The notes: generated by a model not told the origin, from the letters alone. A stretch of 64,000 bases of DNA from Lentisphaerota bacterium (GCA_018676675.1 JABHEG010000146.1:1207-65206), one strand, 5' to 3'; counted from the first letter of the stretch, positions 8,077 through 18,405 are shown. Made by a program: numbers and translations.

Positions 8077-10605
8077 CTATTTGGCCAGTTTCACTTCCCC
8101 GAGACGGTCCACTTCTCGCACGGTGCAGTAGCTGACCCACGTATCAATGCCGTAACGCGGCTCCTGGGCCAGGGCGGGATTACTGGTGCGAAGCACGTTC
8201 ATGTAGATGGTCTCGCCCGGTTTGACCGGTTGGTCCACCAGGGATACCAGAGGCCAGCTCATCCGGGTCACCCAGCGGCTCCCACCTGTGTCTGTCGCCG
8301 CCCGGAAGCCGGTCTCGGCCATCTTGACGTTCTGCCGCCAGTTCACCTCGCCATGCGACAGAGCCACTGTCATACCGGTGGGGCCCACGGCGTATTGCCG
8401 GAAGGGCTGCGCGCGTTGTCGGGCAAAAAGTGGCTCCCAGCAATCGAAGCAGAAGATCTGAGCAGAGACCTCAAGCTGATCCTCCGTGACATTCTCCTCC
8501 ACGAGCTCGAGGTAGAAGTGCTCCCCGTCGTGACAGACACGTCCACCGAACGTCCGTCGGGACGCCGCGTCGCCACCGCGTAAGTACCACGTGCTTCCCA
8601 AGCTCCCACCCTTGTTCCACTCGACCTTGGTCGGGTCGCCCCCCGCTGACGGCACACGCGTGGCAACCACCGACGGAATCGGCGCCTTCATCCTCTCTAC
8701 GAACGTCTCACGTCCCGTCTGCATGTAACGCCACACGCCCTTATCCCACAGGTCGACCAAGCGCGCCCCCTGCCCGCGGCCCTTCTTCTTTGCCGCATCC
8801 ATTGAGCGCCCGAGAGCAGACATTGTCTTGGCGTCACCCAGGTGTTCCCAGGCAATCCGCACGGTCTGGTGCCCGTTGTAGGGCTCTCCGCTTGGAGCGG
8901 GAGGAATCAGCGCCGGATCGCAGTAACGACTCTCCGCGAGTTTGTACCAGTCAGCCATGGGCTTGCCGGCCGAGCCGTAGGCGGAAAAGTAGGTCTTGAG
9001 CAAGACCTCGACATCACGGCTAGGATCATCCATCAGTTTGTAGCTGACGTAGTTCTCCACCTCGCCATCGAACCCGCAGTGGAAGATCCCCTGCACGTTG
9101 ATCGACCGGTAGTAGTCGAACTGCTTCTTGAGTTCCCGCGCGAAGAAACCGGGGAAACAGTAGAACTTGCCGTTGTTGGCGATCTCTTTTGGGAAACAGT
9201 GGTAATGCCAGATGTAAAGGGGAACGTGGGGCTGCCTGTCCTTCCACTCCTGCAGGCGAGCGAACTGCTGCTTGAGGTGTTTCGGAGCCGTCGCGCAGTT
9301 ACGCTGGGCTGAGATGCAGAAGTGGACCGCGACGTTGTCCTCTACCCGCAGATCTGTCGGCAATCCCTCGTGGGTCATGTAGGCAAGGGTCGACACCGCT
9401 TTGTCCGGGTGGGAAGCCTTGATCTCCCGTGCCACCGCATTCACGAAACGGAACCAGTACGTGCTGTGTTGGCTCGGGCGCTCGCGTTCCAGTTCGAACT
9501 GAGGCGTGCAGGTGTCGCACCGGCAGAACGCGGAGTTGTCCATAGGTTCAAGGGCAAAGAAGCTCTTCCCCCAGAGATATCCCAAAGAGCCGACGGTGCG
9601 CCATCGCTTACGGAATCCGCCGTTGTCGAAGTAGTCGCGGATGTCCGTCACGACTTGGGCGACGGTGGCTGGGTTGCTGTAGCAGAGCTGCGGCGGCTCT
9701 TCCCCCCCGTAGCCATGGGCAAAATACTCGGGGTGGTGCTCTTCGAAGTTCTTGTGGCCTGTGTGCCAGAAGCGCTCGTACAGGGTGTAGAACGAGTGAT
9801 TGCACTGGCGTTGGTCGCCACCTGCTTTCATGCGGTGTTGGAAGAGCCGGTTCTGCGTGCGAAGTGCAGCGGTGAACGCCCGCTCATTGGTGTAGATGGC
9901 GGTCAGGCGCGGATAGGCGGCGGCCATGTAGTCGGCGGCTTCAGGTGTGCCCTTCCTCCAGAGCCCCCCGCCGTACTGGTAGCGGGCCCCATCCCAGGCG
10001 GCTCCCCCGCCACGGAACGGCATCACAGGTTGACGCCGGACTTCGGCACCGGTCACCGTAAGTGTTTTCGTGCCGCGGAGGAACGTTCCGAAATCAGTTG
10101 GGTTGATCCAGCGGACACCGCAGAACGCCTCCAGGAAGTCGTACGCCGCATACATCGTGCCCTGTTCATCGTACAGACCAGGCCATGTACTCACGGCGTT
10201 GGCGTTGGTCAGGTAGTCGTAATCCACCCGCCCGCGATCGTCCTCATCTCGTCCCATGAGGACAATGGTCTCGGGCAGGAATCGGATGAGGTATTCCTGG
10301 TGGTCAAAGCTCGCGTTGTCGAGACCAAGAGATCGTGTTGCGCTGCTCTCCCCAACCAGAATGCGGATCCCGGGCATCGTGGCTGCATCGGTGACGATCG
10401 GCAGCGTCGCACGGGTCACGAGCCGGAGATGGTGCTGGAGTTCGTGAGCTGCCAGCTGGGCCGGGCGAGTCGCGTCGTCAGCGATCACGATGGCCGCCAG
10501 GGGCTTGCTGTCGCGGATCAGCGTGAGAGAATGCTGTTCGGCAGCGGTCGTGGGCGTGACGGCGGCTAAGGCAAGTGCGGGTCCAACCAAAAGCAACTGA
10601 CGCAT
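8077..10605 (-). CDS. Secreted DUF4838-domain protein (GH-like) with a C-terminal CBM9-like domain
   Basis: AAHELQHHL...GTMYAAYDFLEAFCGVRW N-terminal domain; HPEYFA...QLCYSNP; CRCDTC; TLAY; signal peptide; GGGGAG RBS before ATG 10605. Confidence 0.78.
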   Translation of the reverse strand: MRQLLLVGPALALAAVTPTTAAEQHSLTLIRDSKPLAAIVIADDATRPAQLAAHELQHHLRLVTRATLPIVTDAATMPGIRILVGESSATRSLGLDNASFDHQEYLIRFLPETIVLMGRDEDDRGRVDYDYLTNANAVSTWPGLYDEQGTMYAAYDFLEAFCGVRWINPTDFGTFLRGTKTLTVTGAEVRRQPVMPFRGGGAAWDGARYQYGGGLWRKGTPEAADYMAAAYPRLTAIYTNERAFTAALRTQNRLFQHRMKAGGDQRQCNHSFYTLYERFWHTGHKNFEEHHPEYFAHGYGGEEPPQLCYSNPATVAQVVTDIRDYFDNGGFRKRWRTVGSLGYLWGKSFFALEPMDNSAFCRCDTCTPQFELERERPSQHSTYWFRFVNAVAREIKASHPDKAVSTLAYMTHEGLPTDLRVEDNVAVHFCISAQRNCATAPKHLKQQFARLQEWKDRQPHVPLYIWHYHCFPKEIANNGKFYCFPGFFARELKKQFDYYRSINVQGIFHCGFDGEVENYVSYKLMDDPSRDVEVLLKTYFSAYGSAGKPMADWYKLAESRYCDPALIPPAPSGEPYNGHQTVRIAWEHLGDAKTMSALGRSMDAAKKKGRGQGARLVDLWDKGVWRYMQTGRETFVERMKAPIPSVVATRVPSAGGDPTKVEWNKGGSLGSTWYLRGGDAASRRTFGGRVCHDGEHFYLELVEENVTEDQLEVSAQIFCFDCWEPLFARQRAQPFRQYAVGPTGMTVALSHGEVNWRQNVKMAETGFRAATDTGGSRWVTRMSWPLVSLVDQPVKPGETIYMNVLRTSNPALAQEPRYGIDTWVSYCTVREVDRLGEVKLAK

Positions 10606-10706
10606 CGTGTTCTCCCCGTAGAAACAGCTCCTCGATGTACCTGGACGACTGGCTCGGTCTCGCCCGGACAGGGCGCATCTCAATCATCGCCGTTCGGGCT
10701 GACCGT

Positions 10707-10780
10707 CAGAGCCGCGACTGACGGAAGCGGTCGCTGCGTGATGTCGCCACCGGAAACCGCTCCCGAAAGTCGCGGCTCTG
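10707..10780. repeat. Long intergenic inverted repeat (REP-like hairpin)
   Basis: cagagccgcgact(gacggaagcggt) ... (accgctcccgaa)agtcgcggctctg; 13-bp perfect outer stem with an imperfect inner extension. Confidence 0.75.
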
Positions 10781-10859
10781 TTTAGGCACCGAGCAGCCGC
10801 ACGCTATATCTCGCGACGTCACTGGCGCGCTCCTCTCCGCCAGCGGCACCCGCTTTCCA

Positions 10860-11753
10860 CTACCCCACCAGGGCGTCCTTACAGAACTGGACGCACTTGC
10901 TGATCTCCTCGACGGCTCCGGATTCCTTGGGCACTCTGTATTCCAGCTCAACGTCCGCGGGGAACGTCAGCTTGTTCTTGGCCATGAACTGCAGGACGCC
11001 GGCGATGGGGGTCTCGCCTTGGCCGAATGGCATGTTCGGGCCCTTGTTCAGCTTGCGGTCTTTGAGGTGGAGGCTGAGAATCCGCTCATGGTGCTTCTCG
11101 ATCAGGGCGATGGGGTCCTGATTTGTGCCGGCGACGTAGTGTCCGATATCCAGATTGATGCCGAGATACTTGCCGTAGGAGAGGATGTCGCCGTCGTAGG
11201 TCGTGGGTGTCAGCTGCATGTGGTTGTGGAAGCCGATCATGATCTCGTGCTTGTCGGCGATTGGGCCGAGCCGTTTGGCGGCAGGCTCGGAGATCTCTCG
11301 GGTGATGCCCTTGGCGCCCAGTGCCTTCGCGACGTTGAAGTAGCGCTCGATTTTCTCCTCAGGCATCTTGGGGTTGCCGATGCTGCCGAACTTGACGATG
11401 TGGATGGCGACGCCGGCGTCGCTATAGAGTCTGCGCAGGGCCTTGAAGCCATCCATGGGGTCGCCACCGGGGTTCTTCTTGTCGTAGGCCCGGGCAAAGC
11501 CTTCGGCCGGGCCACCCATCAGCTCAACGGAACTGATGCCGCATCGGGTGATGTAACCGAGCAGATCCTCGGCACTCTTCCCGGGCAGCGAACGAAAGCT
11601 GTACGTGATACAGCCGATCTGAACGCCGTTGAACATGGAGTTCGGCTTTTCCGGGGCTTCTTGAGCAACGCTCGGAAGCATGGCCGATGCACCCAATGCA
11701 GCGGCGCCGCCCAGGAAAACTCGTCTCGAAAGTGTGAAATCGTGGTCTGACAT
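10860..11753 (-). CDS. Tat-exported sugar phosphate isomerase/epimerase (AP_endonuc_2 TIM barrel)
   Basis: SRRVFL Tat motif; QIGCITYSFR, GFHNH, NLDIGH, HLKD and ELEY metal motifs. Confidence 0.85.
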   Translation of the reverse strand: MSDHDFTLSRRVFLGGAAALGASAMLPSVAQEAPEKPNSMFNGVQIGCITYSFRSLPGKSAEDLLGYITRCGISSVELMGGPAEGFARAYDKKNPGGDPMDGFKALRRLYSDAGVAIHIVKFGSIGNPKMPEEKIERYFNVAKALGAKGITREISEPAAKRLGPIADKHEIMIGFHNHMQLTPTTYDGDILSYGKYLGINLDIGHYVAGTNQDPIALIEKHHERILSLHLKDRKLNKGPNMPFGQGETPIAGVLQFMAKNKLTFPADVELEYRVPKESGAVEEISKCVQFCKDALVG

Positions 11754-11863
11754 CGTTCTCCCTTTCGGTAGCGACTGTCGATTCGTCCAGTGTAGGTAAG
11801 GATTGCCGAGAGGAGAGTCGGCCAGGCGTTCGCCTTGGCTGGTCGGCTGCCCACGGTTCCCAC

Positions 11864-12259
11864 TCACTCGGCCCAATTGGTTAGTCTCAGGCCCGGTATC
11901 CTGCTGAAGTGCCGCACGTTGTTGGTGACAACGCTGTAGTCCAGAACCAAGGCCGTGGCCCCGATCATGAGATCCAGATCGGCGACGGAGATTCCCTGCC
12001 CCTGCAATGCTGCCTTCGCCTCCCCGAAAAACTCCATGATTGCCGGCGTGACGTCAATGATCGGGAACATCTCCCGAATTCGGTACACCTTGGCCAGATT
12101 CTCGTGAACGCGCTGAGACCTCCGGGCTCCAAAAATCAGCTCCCCAAAAGTGACCACGCTGATCGCCTTGGGGGCGTCCGCATGGGAGGCAAAGTTGCGC
12201 ACCACGTGCGCGTTCCCTTTGAGGGAGTAGATAATCGTGTCAGTATCAAGAAGGTACAT
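11864..12259 (-). CDS. vapC: Type II TA toxin, VapC/FitB PIN-domain ribonuclease
   Basis: YLLDTD, SVVTFGEL..GA, DLMIGATAL and VTNNVRHFSRIPGL..TNW. Confidence 0.93.
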   Translation of the reverse strand: MYLLDTDTIIYSLKGNAHVVRNFASHADAPKAISVVTFGELIFGARRSQRVHENLAKVYRIREMFPIIDVTPAIMEFFGEAKAALQGQGISVADLDLMIGATALVLDYSVVTNNVRHFSRIPGLRLTNWAE

Positions 12260-12528
12260 CAGAAAGGCTCTCGGAAGCGCCCGGGGCTCGATGTGCGCGC
12301 GTCCCGAATGTCCGCCGCTATCTCGTCTTCGGCCCTATCATCCTGCCAGGAGCCACAGAGCTGGAGGAACTGTTCCGTCGTCGTCTGGTGCTGGCTCGCA
12401 GGTCGCGAAAGGTAGTCTTTGATGATCGCGATGACTTCCTGGCTGATTGAACGGTTGTCCATCGCAGCTCGAGCACCGAGAGCTCGATAGAGTTGGTCGT
12501 CCATTGATCTGACTTGCAGTGTGGCCAT
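12259..12528 (-). CDS. FitA-like ribbon-helix-helix antitoxin
   Basis: MATLQVRSMDDQLYRAL..RA...NRSISQEV; stop overlaps the vapC start; GGAG RBS. Confidence 0.88.
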   Translation of the reverse strand: MATLQVRSMDDQLYRALGARAAMDNRSISQEVIAIIKDYLSRPASQHQTTTEQFLQLCGSWQDDRAEDEIAADIRDARTSSPGRFREPF

Positions 12529-12569
12529 TGATGGCTCCCTGAATCGCTCGCACTCACCCGGTACGCTCT

Positions 12570-12615
12570 GACGATAGCACACGATTCATGCACTTGCAAT
12601 CAATATGCATGAATC
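12570..12615 (-). promoter_or_regulatory. Putative sigma70 promoter and palindromic operator of the TA operon
   Basis: Minus strand TTGCAA-17bp-TATCGT with an extended TG. Perfect 10-bp inverted repeat GATTCATGCA-N13-TGCATGAATC (12583-12615) brackets the -35 box. Confidence 0.65.
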
Positions 12616-12664
12616 AGCCTCGTTTCCTTCGCCACCTGGGAAGCCTCTAACCGAAGAGAGCTCC

Positions 12665-15526
12665 TCAGCGCTCAATGCTGAACGGCTTGAGCCCATGGTC
12701 CGGTTTGACGTTGAGTAGCACAGGCGTTCGACCCGGCGTGCTGACGCGAAGTCGAGCGACTTGCCACCTGGGTTTGCCGGAGGCGTCGTCGACCCACTCA
12801 AGCGTGGGTGTCTGTCCGTCCAAGGCGATTGCCCAGGCCAGTGCGGTTGCCTTTGCGCGTCGTCTCAGGACAAGACACGGGACTTGGGCGTGGGCTCCAC
12901 CTATCCCCGGACCGGTGGCGGTAATGACCTCGGTCGGCGCTCCGCCTGCACAGGTGAACGTCACGTTCCAGTCCTCGTCGATACAGGTCCCGGCCGTTAT
13001 CCCGCCCTCTCCATCGTGGGCGGTCGGCGTTCTGAGCGTTCTGTATACAGGATTGTTGGGCGGGGTCCAGGGCCGGCCCGGGGGGAGCTGGGTCCACGTG
13101 CCGGACTGGTGGTAAGCGAGGTCCAGTCGGCGTTCGCGGTCACTCACGATCTGGTCCACGAACACGACGAGGTTTTGGTCGAGAAGTGCAGCCGTCCGCA
13201 CGAAGCGAACATCTGGGATGGCTTCTCCATCGTCAAGCATGGCGTAGTCGATGTCGCCCTCCGTCCCGAACGCGAGGCATTTGGCCGGGCGACGCTCTTG
13301 TGACGTCTCGTCGACCATCAAGGTGCTGTGGGAGAGTGTTGTCTTGTACCAATCCCGCTGCAGGTCCAAGCCGTAGGAGAGGCTTCCCGGATCGGGTGAG
13401 ACAATCTTGCCGCGCGCGTAGAGGATGAAGCCGAGCCGGTCGGGATGGTCATGGTAGCCGGCAGACGGGCTGTACTTGAGGCATAGCCACGTTGTGTTCT
13501 CGCCTTCCCCTTTGGCCAGGACTGCGTAGCCGGCGTCTTTGTGATTCACGCTCCTGGCCGACACATTCGGCTCCCCCCCGGCCGCGGGGATGCCGTGCAG
13601 CAGAGCGTCGCGGGTGGCGCGTTTGCCGTAGGAGAGCATGGCGTGGAAGGCAGGCTCGTCCCACCGGGCCGCCGCGAGTTCGTAACGCGCGCTTGATCTG
13701 GTCAGGTCGATGAGCCCAGCATCGTTGAAGTTGGGTAGTCGCAGATCGGGCATGGCAAAATCCAGGGGCGCCTGGTAGAGACTCTTGAGCGTCGGGACAT
13801 ACAGATCGATGCCGCAGTGCCGGCAGGCCTCGGTGAGTGGCACCAAAGCGGACATCGTGTAGAAGTGGTATCCCCACGAGCCCTCGTACCAAACACCACC
13901 GGGCAGGATCCCCTCCTTGAGTTGCTGCCAGTAGCCCTCGGCCTGGTCATGCAATGCCTTGTTCAGGAGTTCGGGATCGTTGTAGAGCAGACCAACCAGA
14001 CCGAGGGCGGAGTTTTTCCAGCACTGGATGTTGTGGACATAACAGCGCACGGGATCGATACTGTCGCGCAGGGCCGGATAGAACACGTTGTCCGCAAGGC
14101 GACGCCGTTCGGACTCCGACAAGCGGCCCCAGATCATGTCGGTGGCCTGGGCCATGTCGATCACCCATGTCGACTCGGTCAGGTAGTTTGCCGTTGCGCG
14201 ACCTATTCCGTGCGTTTTGGGATCACCGTGCCGGGTTCGGGGATAGCTGAGGTATGTCTCGGCGTAGGCCAGGAGGATGTCCCGGGCTCTGGACGCGTAC
14301 TGTGCATCACCCGTGATCTGGTGAACGAAAGCCTGATCGCGTGCTTCCCGCGCCCACGCGGCATGGACATACCCGATCTTGACTCCATCCAGGTCAGTTT
14401 GGAACGATGCCGGATCACCATGGAAGACCGCCCCGGTTTTCCGGTCAATGTGTTCCCACTCCCACGGGCCGATCTTCTTCGCCGCTCTCAGGTGGCCCCC
14501 GGTTTTCGGGTTCGCGTAGTGATGAGCCGCCACCCCTCCTCTCGTCGGTAGCTCAATGGCACGTTCGAGGGCATGATCGGCCTTCTTCCTCAGCTTGTTC
14601 CAGTACGTATCGGCCCATGCGTGGCTCCGGATACGGTCTTTGATCTTGACGACGTGATCGCTGTCGACCAGGAGCCGTGGGTGGGGTGGGAGCGGGAGCG
14701 GTTTGAGGACGTGCAACATGCGCCGCGTCCGAGTGAGTTCGACCCCGTACTGCTCGGCCCAGAGAGGGGTGGCAAGGCTCGCCAACGGCCGCAGTCTGGC
14801 AAAGGCTTCCCTATCGATCGGAATGGGCACCAGTTTCTCAATCGACTGCCCCGCGGCAAGTGTCAACAGGTTCCCGGTTGCTGCTCCCAGTCCGTAGTTC
14901 ACGACAATGTCATGGTTCCCCGGGTTGCTGAACGTGATTGGGGCAAGCCAGTTGTCTCCGTCCTGACGCGACGTCGCAACACGCACCTGGAACGTCCCGG
15001 CAAGGGCAACGACATGGTCCACGAACAGGCGCACGTTTGACCCTCGATCCGTCTGTGTTCGGAACTCGATAACGCGCAGGTCGCTGGGATCGCCCTGAAT
15101 CCCTCCTCTTGCCGCGAAGCTGACCTGAGCCGGCGTCCACTCACGCGGCACAGCCGCCTTACCCTTCCGCCAGACGGGGAAGACCAGCTGTCGTCCCTCG
15201 TGCATGCTCGGGCAGCGCGTCTTGATCGTGATGCTTCTGAGGCCGTCACCTTTGACCCGCCACCAGAATGCCAACCCAGCAAAGTCGCCCAGATCGGGTC
15301 CGGCATCCGCGACGAATAGGGGGAAGAACGACGTCTTGCCGGGGGGGACATTCCATACGACAGCACCTTCATCAACCTTTGCCTCGGCTGTCCCTTCCGC
15401 ACCGCGGAACTGCTCGGGCGATTCTGCCGGGTTGATGACCCTGAATGCAGGGCCTGGGGCGGCGTGGGTTCCCGGTGCCAGCAAGGCTGATATGGCAATT
15501 GCGCACAAGATAGAGCGGGTCTTCAT
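12665..15526 (-). CDS. Secreted heparinase II/III / oligo-alginate-lyase-like polysaccharide lyase with an N-terminal CBM-like domain
   Basis: HPRLL, HNIQCWKN, GVWYEGSWGYHFY, PNFND, YHDHPD, DPG...Y and HSTLMVD motifs. Confidence 0.85.
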   Translation of the reverse strand: MKTRSILCAIAISALLAPGTHAAPGPAFRVINPAESPEQFRGAEGTAEAKVDEGAVVWNVPPGKTSFFPLFVADAGPDLGDFAGLAFWWRVKGDGLRSITIKTRCPSMHEGRQLVFPVWRKGKAAVPREWTPAQVSFAARGGIQGDPSDLRVIEFRTQTDRGSNVRLFVDHVVALAGTFQVRVATSRQDGDNWLAPITFSNPGNHDIVVNYGLGAATGNLLTLAAGQSIEKLVPIPIDREAFARLRPLASLATPLWAEQYGVELTRTRRMLHVLKPLPLPPHPRLLVDSDHVVKIKDRIRSHAWADTYWNKLRKKADHALERAIELPTRGGVAAHHYANPKTGGHLRAAKKIGPWEWEHIDRKTGAVFHGDPASFQTDLDGVKIGYVHAAWAREARDQAFVHQITGDAQYASRARDILLAYAETYLSYPRTRHGDPKTHGIGRATANYLTESTWVIDMAQATDMIWGRLSESERRRLADNVFYPALRDSIDPVRCYVHNIQCWKNSALGLVGLLYNDPELLNKALHDQAEGYWQQLKEGILPGGVWYEGSWGYHFYTMSALVPLTEACRHCGIDLYVPTLKSLYQAPLDFAMPDLRLPNFNDAGLIDLTRSSARYELAAARWDEPAFHAMLSYGKRATRDALLHGIPAAGGEPNVSARSVNHKDAGYAVLAKGEGENTTWLCLKYSPSAGYHDHPDRLGFILYARGKIVSPDPGSLSYGLDLQRDWYKTTLSHSTLMVDETSQERRPAKCLAFGTEGDIDYAMLDDGEAIPDVRFVRTAALLDQNLVVFVDQIVSDRERRLDLAYHQSGTWTQLPPGRPWTPPNNPVYRTLRTPTAHDGEGGITAGTCIDEDWNVTFTCAGGAPTEVITATGPGIGGAHAQVPCLVLRRRAKATALAWAIALDGQTPTLEWVDDASGKPRWQVARLRVSTPGRTPVLLNVKPDHGLKPFSIER

Positions 15527-15629
15527 GGTCGCCTCATTCGTTGGTCGGCAAGGCAGACTTGTCTTTTCTTGTCAGCCGAACCGTGGTTCCAGGACTCCGG
15601 GCGAGGAAGATTCGTCGGTTTCTCCATGC

Positions 15630-15658
15630 TTGACATATGCTGCTGGCGGGCACATAGT
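15630..15658 (+). promoter_or_regulatory. Putative sigma70 promoter of the ATPase gene
   Basis: TTGACA-17bp-CATAGT, followed by an AT-rich leader with short palindromes (ttct-gtat-agaa; tgtag-cga-ctaca). Confidence 0.55.
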
Positions 15659-15699
15659 TTCTGTATAGAAGAAATGTAGCGACTACAATAGTATTTGTC

Positions 15700-16908
15700 A
15701 TGCATATAAGAACTGAATATCTAGAGAGGATGCGGCCTTACATCGGGAAACCGGTGATCAAAGTCATCACCGGTATGCGCCGCGTCGGCAAGAGCTGTTT
15801 CCTGTCACAGCTTTACGACGAATTGCGACTGAAGGCTGAGGGTCCTGCGCATGTGCTATTGGTTGATATGGAGTCCCTTGAGTTTGACGGACTCCGGGAC
15901 TACCGCTCCTTCCACGGCTTTGTGGAGGAGCATTTCCGAGGGCTGGCTGGCACTCGATACCTCTTGGTAGATGAGGTCCAGGAGATCGACCAGTGGGAGC
16001 GAGCCATCGTTTCCCTCGCGAAATCCGGCCACACCGACATCTTCCTGACCGGCTCCAACGCTCATCTCCTTTCGTCTGAGATTGCCACACTCCTGTCGGG
16101 CAGATATGTGGAGTTCCCTCTGCACTCTCTGGGCTTCGCTGAGTTCCTTGAGTTCCGTAGCGACAAATGTGGAGACCCGGAGACAGAATTCGGCAACTGG
16201 TTGCGATTCGGTGGACTGCCGGCCGTTCATCATCTTGAACTCGCCGATGAGATGGTGTTCGACTACACGGGTTCAGTCTACAGCACGATCCTTTTGAAAG
16301 ACATCGTCAAACGTAGAGCCGTCCGCAACGTCACACTGCTTGAGTCCATTGGACGTTTCCTCTTCGACAACGTCGGGAATCTGATCGCGGCAAAGCCCCT
16401 GGCGGACTACCTGAAGAGCCAACGTCTATCTGTGGGCGTACAGACGGTCCAGAACTACCTGAGTTACTTCGACGACGCCTTCATATCACACAAGCTGCGG
16501 CGCTATGACCTGAGGGGGAAGCGTCACCTCGAGGTGTACGAGAAACACTATCTGGAGGACCTGGGCCTGCGTCACGCAGTACTTGGCTATCGTGATCCTG
16601 ACATCTCAGGCCTTCTCGAGAACGTGGTGTGTCTGGAACTGAAGCGCCGAGGCTATCGTCTATCCATTGGTCGACTCGGTAACCGCGAAATCGACTTCAT
16701 CGCGGAGAAGGCCAATACGAAGGTCTACGTGCAGGTGGCATACCGTCTTGCCACGCCCACAACGGTCGAGCGCGAGTTCGGGGTTCTCCAGGCGATACGA
16801 GACAACTACCCGAAGTTCGTCATCAGCCTGGACAAGCACATTGGTGACGATTACGAGGGCATCCGCTGCCTCAACCTGATCGACTTTGTCCGTGGTGCGG
16901 AGCTCTGA
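15700..16908 (+). CDS. AAA_14 ATPase with C-terminal DUF4143 domain
   Basis: GMRRVGKS Walker A, LLVDEVQ Walker B, TGSNA, GGLP, DLGLR, LENVV..EL and EIDFI...YVQV. Confidence 0.93.
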   Translation: MHIRTEYLERMRPYIGKPVIKVITGMRRVGKSCFLSQLYDELRLKAEGPAHVLLVDMESLEFDGLRDYRSFHGFVEEHFRGLAGTRYLLVDEVQEIDQWERAIVSLAKSGHTDIFLTGSNAHLLSSEIATLLSGRYVEFPLHSLGFAEFLEFRSDKCGDPETEFGNWLRFGGLPAVHHLELADEMVFDYTGSVYSTILLKDIVKRRAVRNVTLLESIGRFLFDNVGNLIAAKPLADYLKSQRLSVGVQTVQNYLSYFDDAFISHKLRRYDLRGKRHLEVYEKHYLEDLGLRHAVLGYRDPDISGLLENVVCLELKRRGYRLSIGRLGNREIDFIAEKANTKVYVQVAYRLATPTTVEREFGVLQAIRDNYPKFVISLDKHIGDDYEGIRCLNLIDFVRGAEL

Positions 16909-17020
16909 CCCGCCAATGCTATTGACTCTCTCTGCCCCGCGTGTCTGGCCGAAGAGTCGCCGGGTGGCACCGCCTCCCACATTGTGTGCTTCTCGAGAGT
17001 GGGAAGGGCTGTTTCGACGC

Positions 17021-17069
17021 GTCCCACGGCTGTGGGACTTGCTCAAGGCCCTGAGCCTGGTCGAAGGGC
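17021..17069. repeat. Cluster of short palindromes including a gccctgagc..gtcgaagggc REP-like unit
   Basis: gtcccac-ggct-gtgggac (17021-17038) and gccctgagcctggtcgaagggc (17048-17069), between convergent genes. Confidence 0.5.
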
Positions 17070-17151
17070 TGCCATGCCGCGACCGTCTCCAGAGAAAGTC
17101 AGTAGCACTGTTTGACCCGCCCCCATCCCTGGAATCCGCCGTACCGCAGGA

Positions 17152-18405
17152 TCACCCCGGAACGATTGCGTTGTGAGCGCGGAGCGTGCGCTTGATCTCT
17201 TCCAACGAAACGGACAGCGGGGTGGTCTGCTGTTGAGCGGCCAGTGCGGCGGCGACACCGGCGGCCTGTCCCATGGCCATACATGGCGCCTGGACCCGCA
17301 GAGCTGAGTTTGCCAAGCGGTCACTGGATACACTGCGCCCCGCCACCAAGATGTTGCGACTGTCTTTGGGTACGAGTGCACTCAAGGGAATGGTCGGGAC
17401 AGTGTCCGGAGCAAGAGGCTTGGGCCTGACTCCGCTCCTGGTGTGCAGATCGACCGGGTAGAAAGCGTAGGAGATCGCGTCGTCGAAGCGACGCCCGGAG
17501 GTGTAGTCCTCGTGGGTCACCATCGTCTCACCCACGATCCGGTAGCTCTCGCGGAAAGCAGTTTCGGGCTGCAGATGCATCAGCTTCTTCTTCGATGCAC
17601 GCACCTTCTTGAGGATGTCGCGGCGACCAGCCAGGTTCGCAGCGGTGACTGTCGCAGCGCTGGAGGAATCGGCGCCGTGCACGTAAAGCCGGTGTATCTG
17701 CTCCGTCCCGGGCTTGTGTCCTGACCCGATCTTGAAGAGCATGGATCCGGGTTGCGTTTCCTTGTCGCGTAGTCTGGGGAGCTTGAGCATGCCGACGACC
17801 TCCGCGCCTCCGGTGCAGTCGATGATCTGCTTGCACAGCACGCGGCGGCGGGTACCGAAGCCGACGCAGTCAACCTGCCAGCCATCGAGAGTCTTCCGGA
17901 TGGCCTCCGGGAACTCGTAGTAAGCGATCTGAACCCCCGCTTGCTCACACTTCTCTTCGGCGAGCAACACGTAGAGGAACTGGTTGGTGTAGACTTGATT
18001 CTGCCAGTGGCGTTTGGGTACCTTTTTAAAATCCGGGAAGGTCCCTCCGTCGAGTTCCACGCTTTCACGCACGAGTTCCCAGCCGATACCGGCGATCACC
18101 TGCTTCCCCCAGGCATCGAAGAGGCCAGGGAAAGCCACCCCTCCCGTCGTCATCGCACCCCCGAGCTGACTGTTCCGCTCGACTAGGAGCGTCTTGGCCC
18201 CGAGCCGGCCTGCCTGAATCGCCGCGATCGTCCCCGCGGTTCCCCCGCCGATCACCAACACATCGACGTTCACCTGAATGGAATCGGTTCCGCTCACGTC
18301 AGTTGCCTCGTTTCTGCCTACCCCGAGCACAATGTTGGTGGTGCTGGCAATCGCCACCCCAGCGACCGTGTACTGCAGGAACGTCCGGCGATCGGCCATA
18401 CCCAT
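17152..18405 (-). CDS. Tat-exported FAD-dependent oxidoreductase (FAD_oxidored family)
   Basis: DRRTFL Tat motif; DVLVIGGGTAG..AAIQAGRLG, IDCTG, RESYRIVG and AGRSVS.D..A.SALRV...CMAMGQAAG. Confidence 0.88.
   Translation of the reverse strand: MGMADRRTFLQYTVAGVAIASTTNIVLGVGRNEATDVSGTDSIQVNVDVLVIGGGTAGTIAAIQAGRLGAKTLLVERNSQLGGAMTTGGVAFPGLFDAWGKQVIAGIGWELVRESVELDGGTFPDFKKVPKRHWQNQVYTNQFLYVLLAEEKCEQAGVQIAYYEFPEAIRKTLDGWQVDCVGFGTRRRVLCKQIIDCTGGAEVVGMLKLPRLRDKETQPGSMLFKIGSGHKPGTEQIHRLYVHGADSSSAATVTAANLAGRRDILKKVRASKKKLMHLQPETAFRESYRIVGETMVTHEDYTSGRRFDDAISYAFYPVDLHTRSGVRPKPLAPDTVPTIPLSALVPKDSRNILVAGRSVSSDRLANSALRVQAPCMAMGQAAGVAAALAAQQQTTPLSVSLEEIKRTLRAHNAIVPG

Noticed and set aside
9322-10569. 415-aa plus-strand ORF
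   Set aside because: Antisense shadow of the DUF4838 gene, expected with GC-rich codon bias; no motifs.
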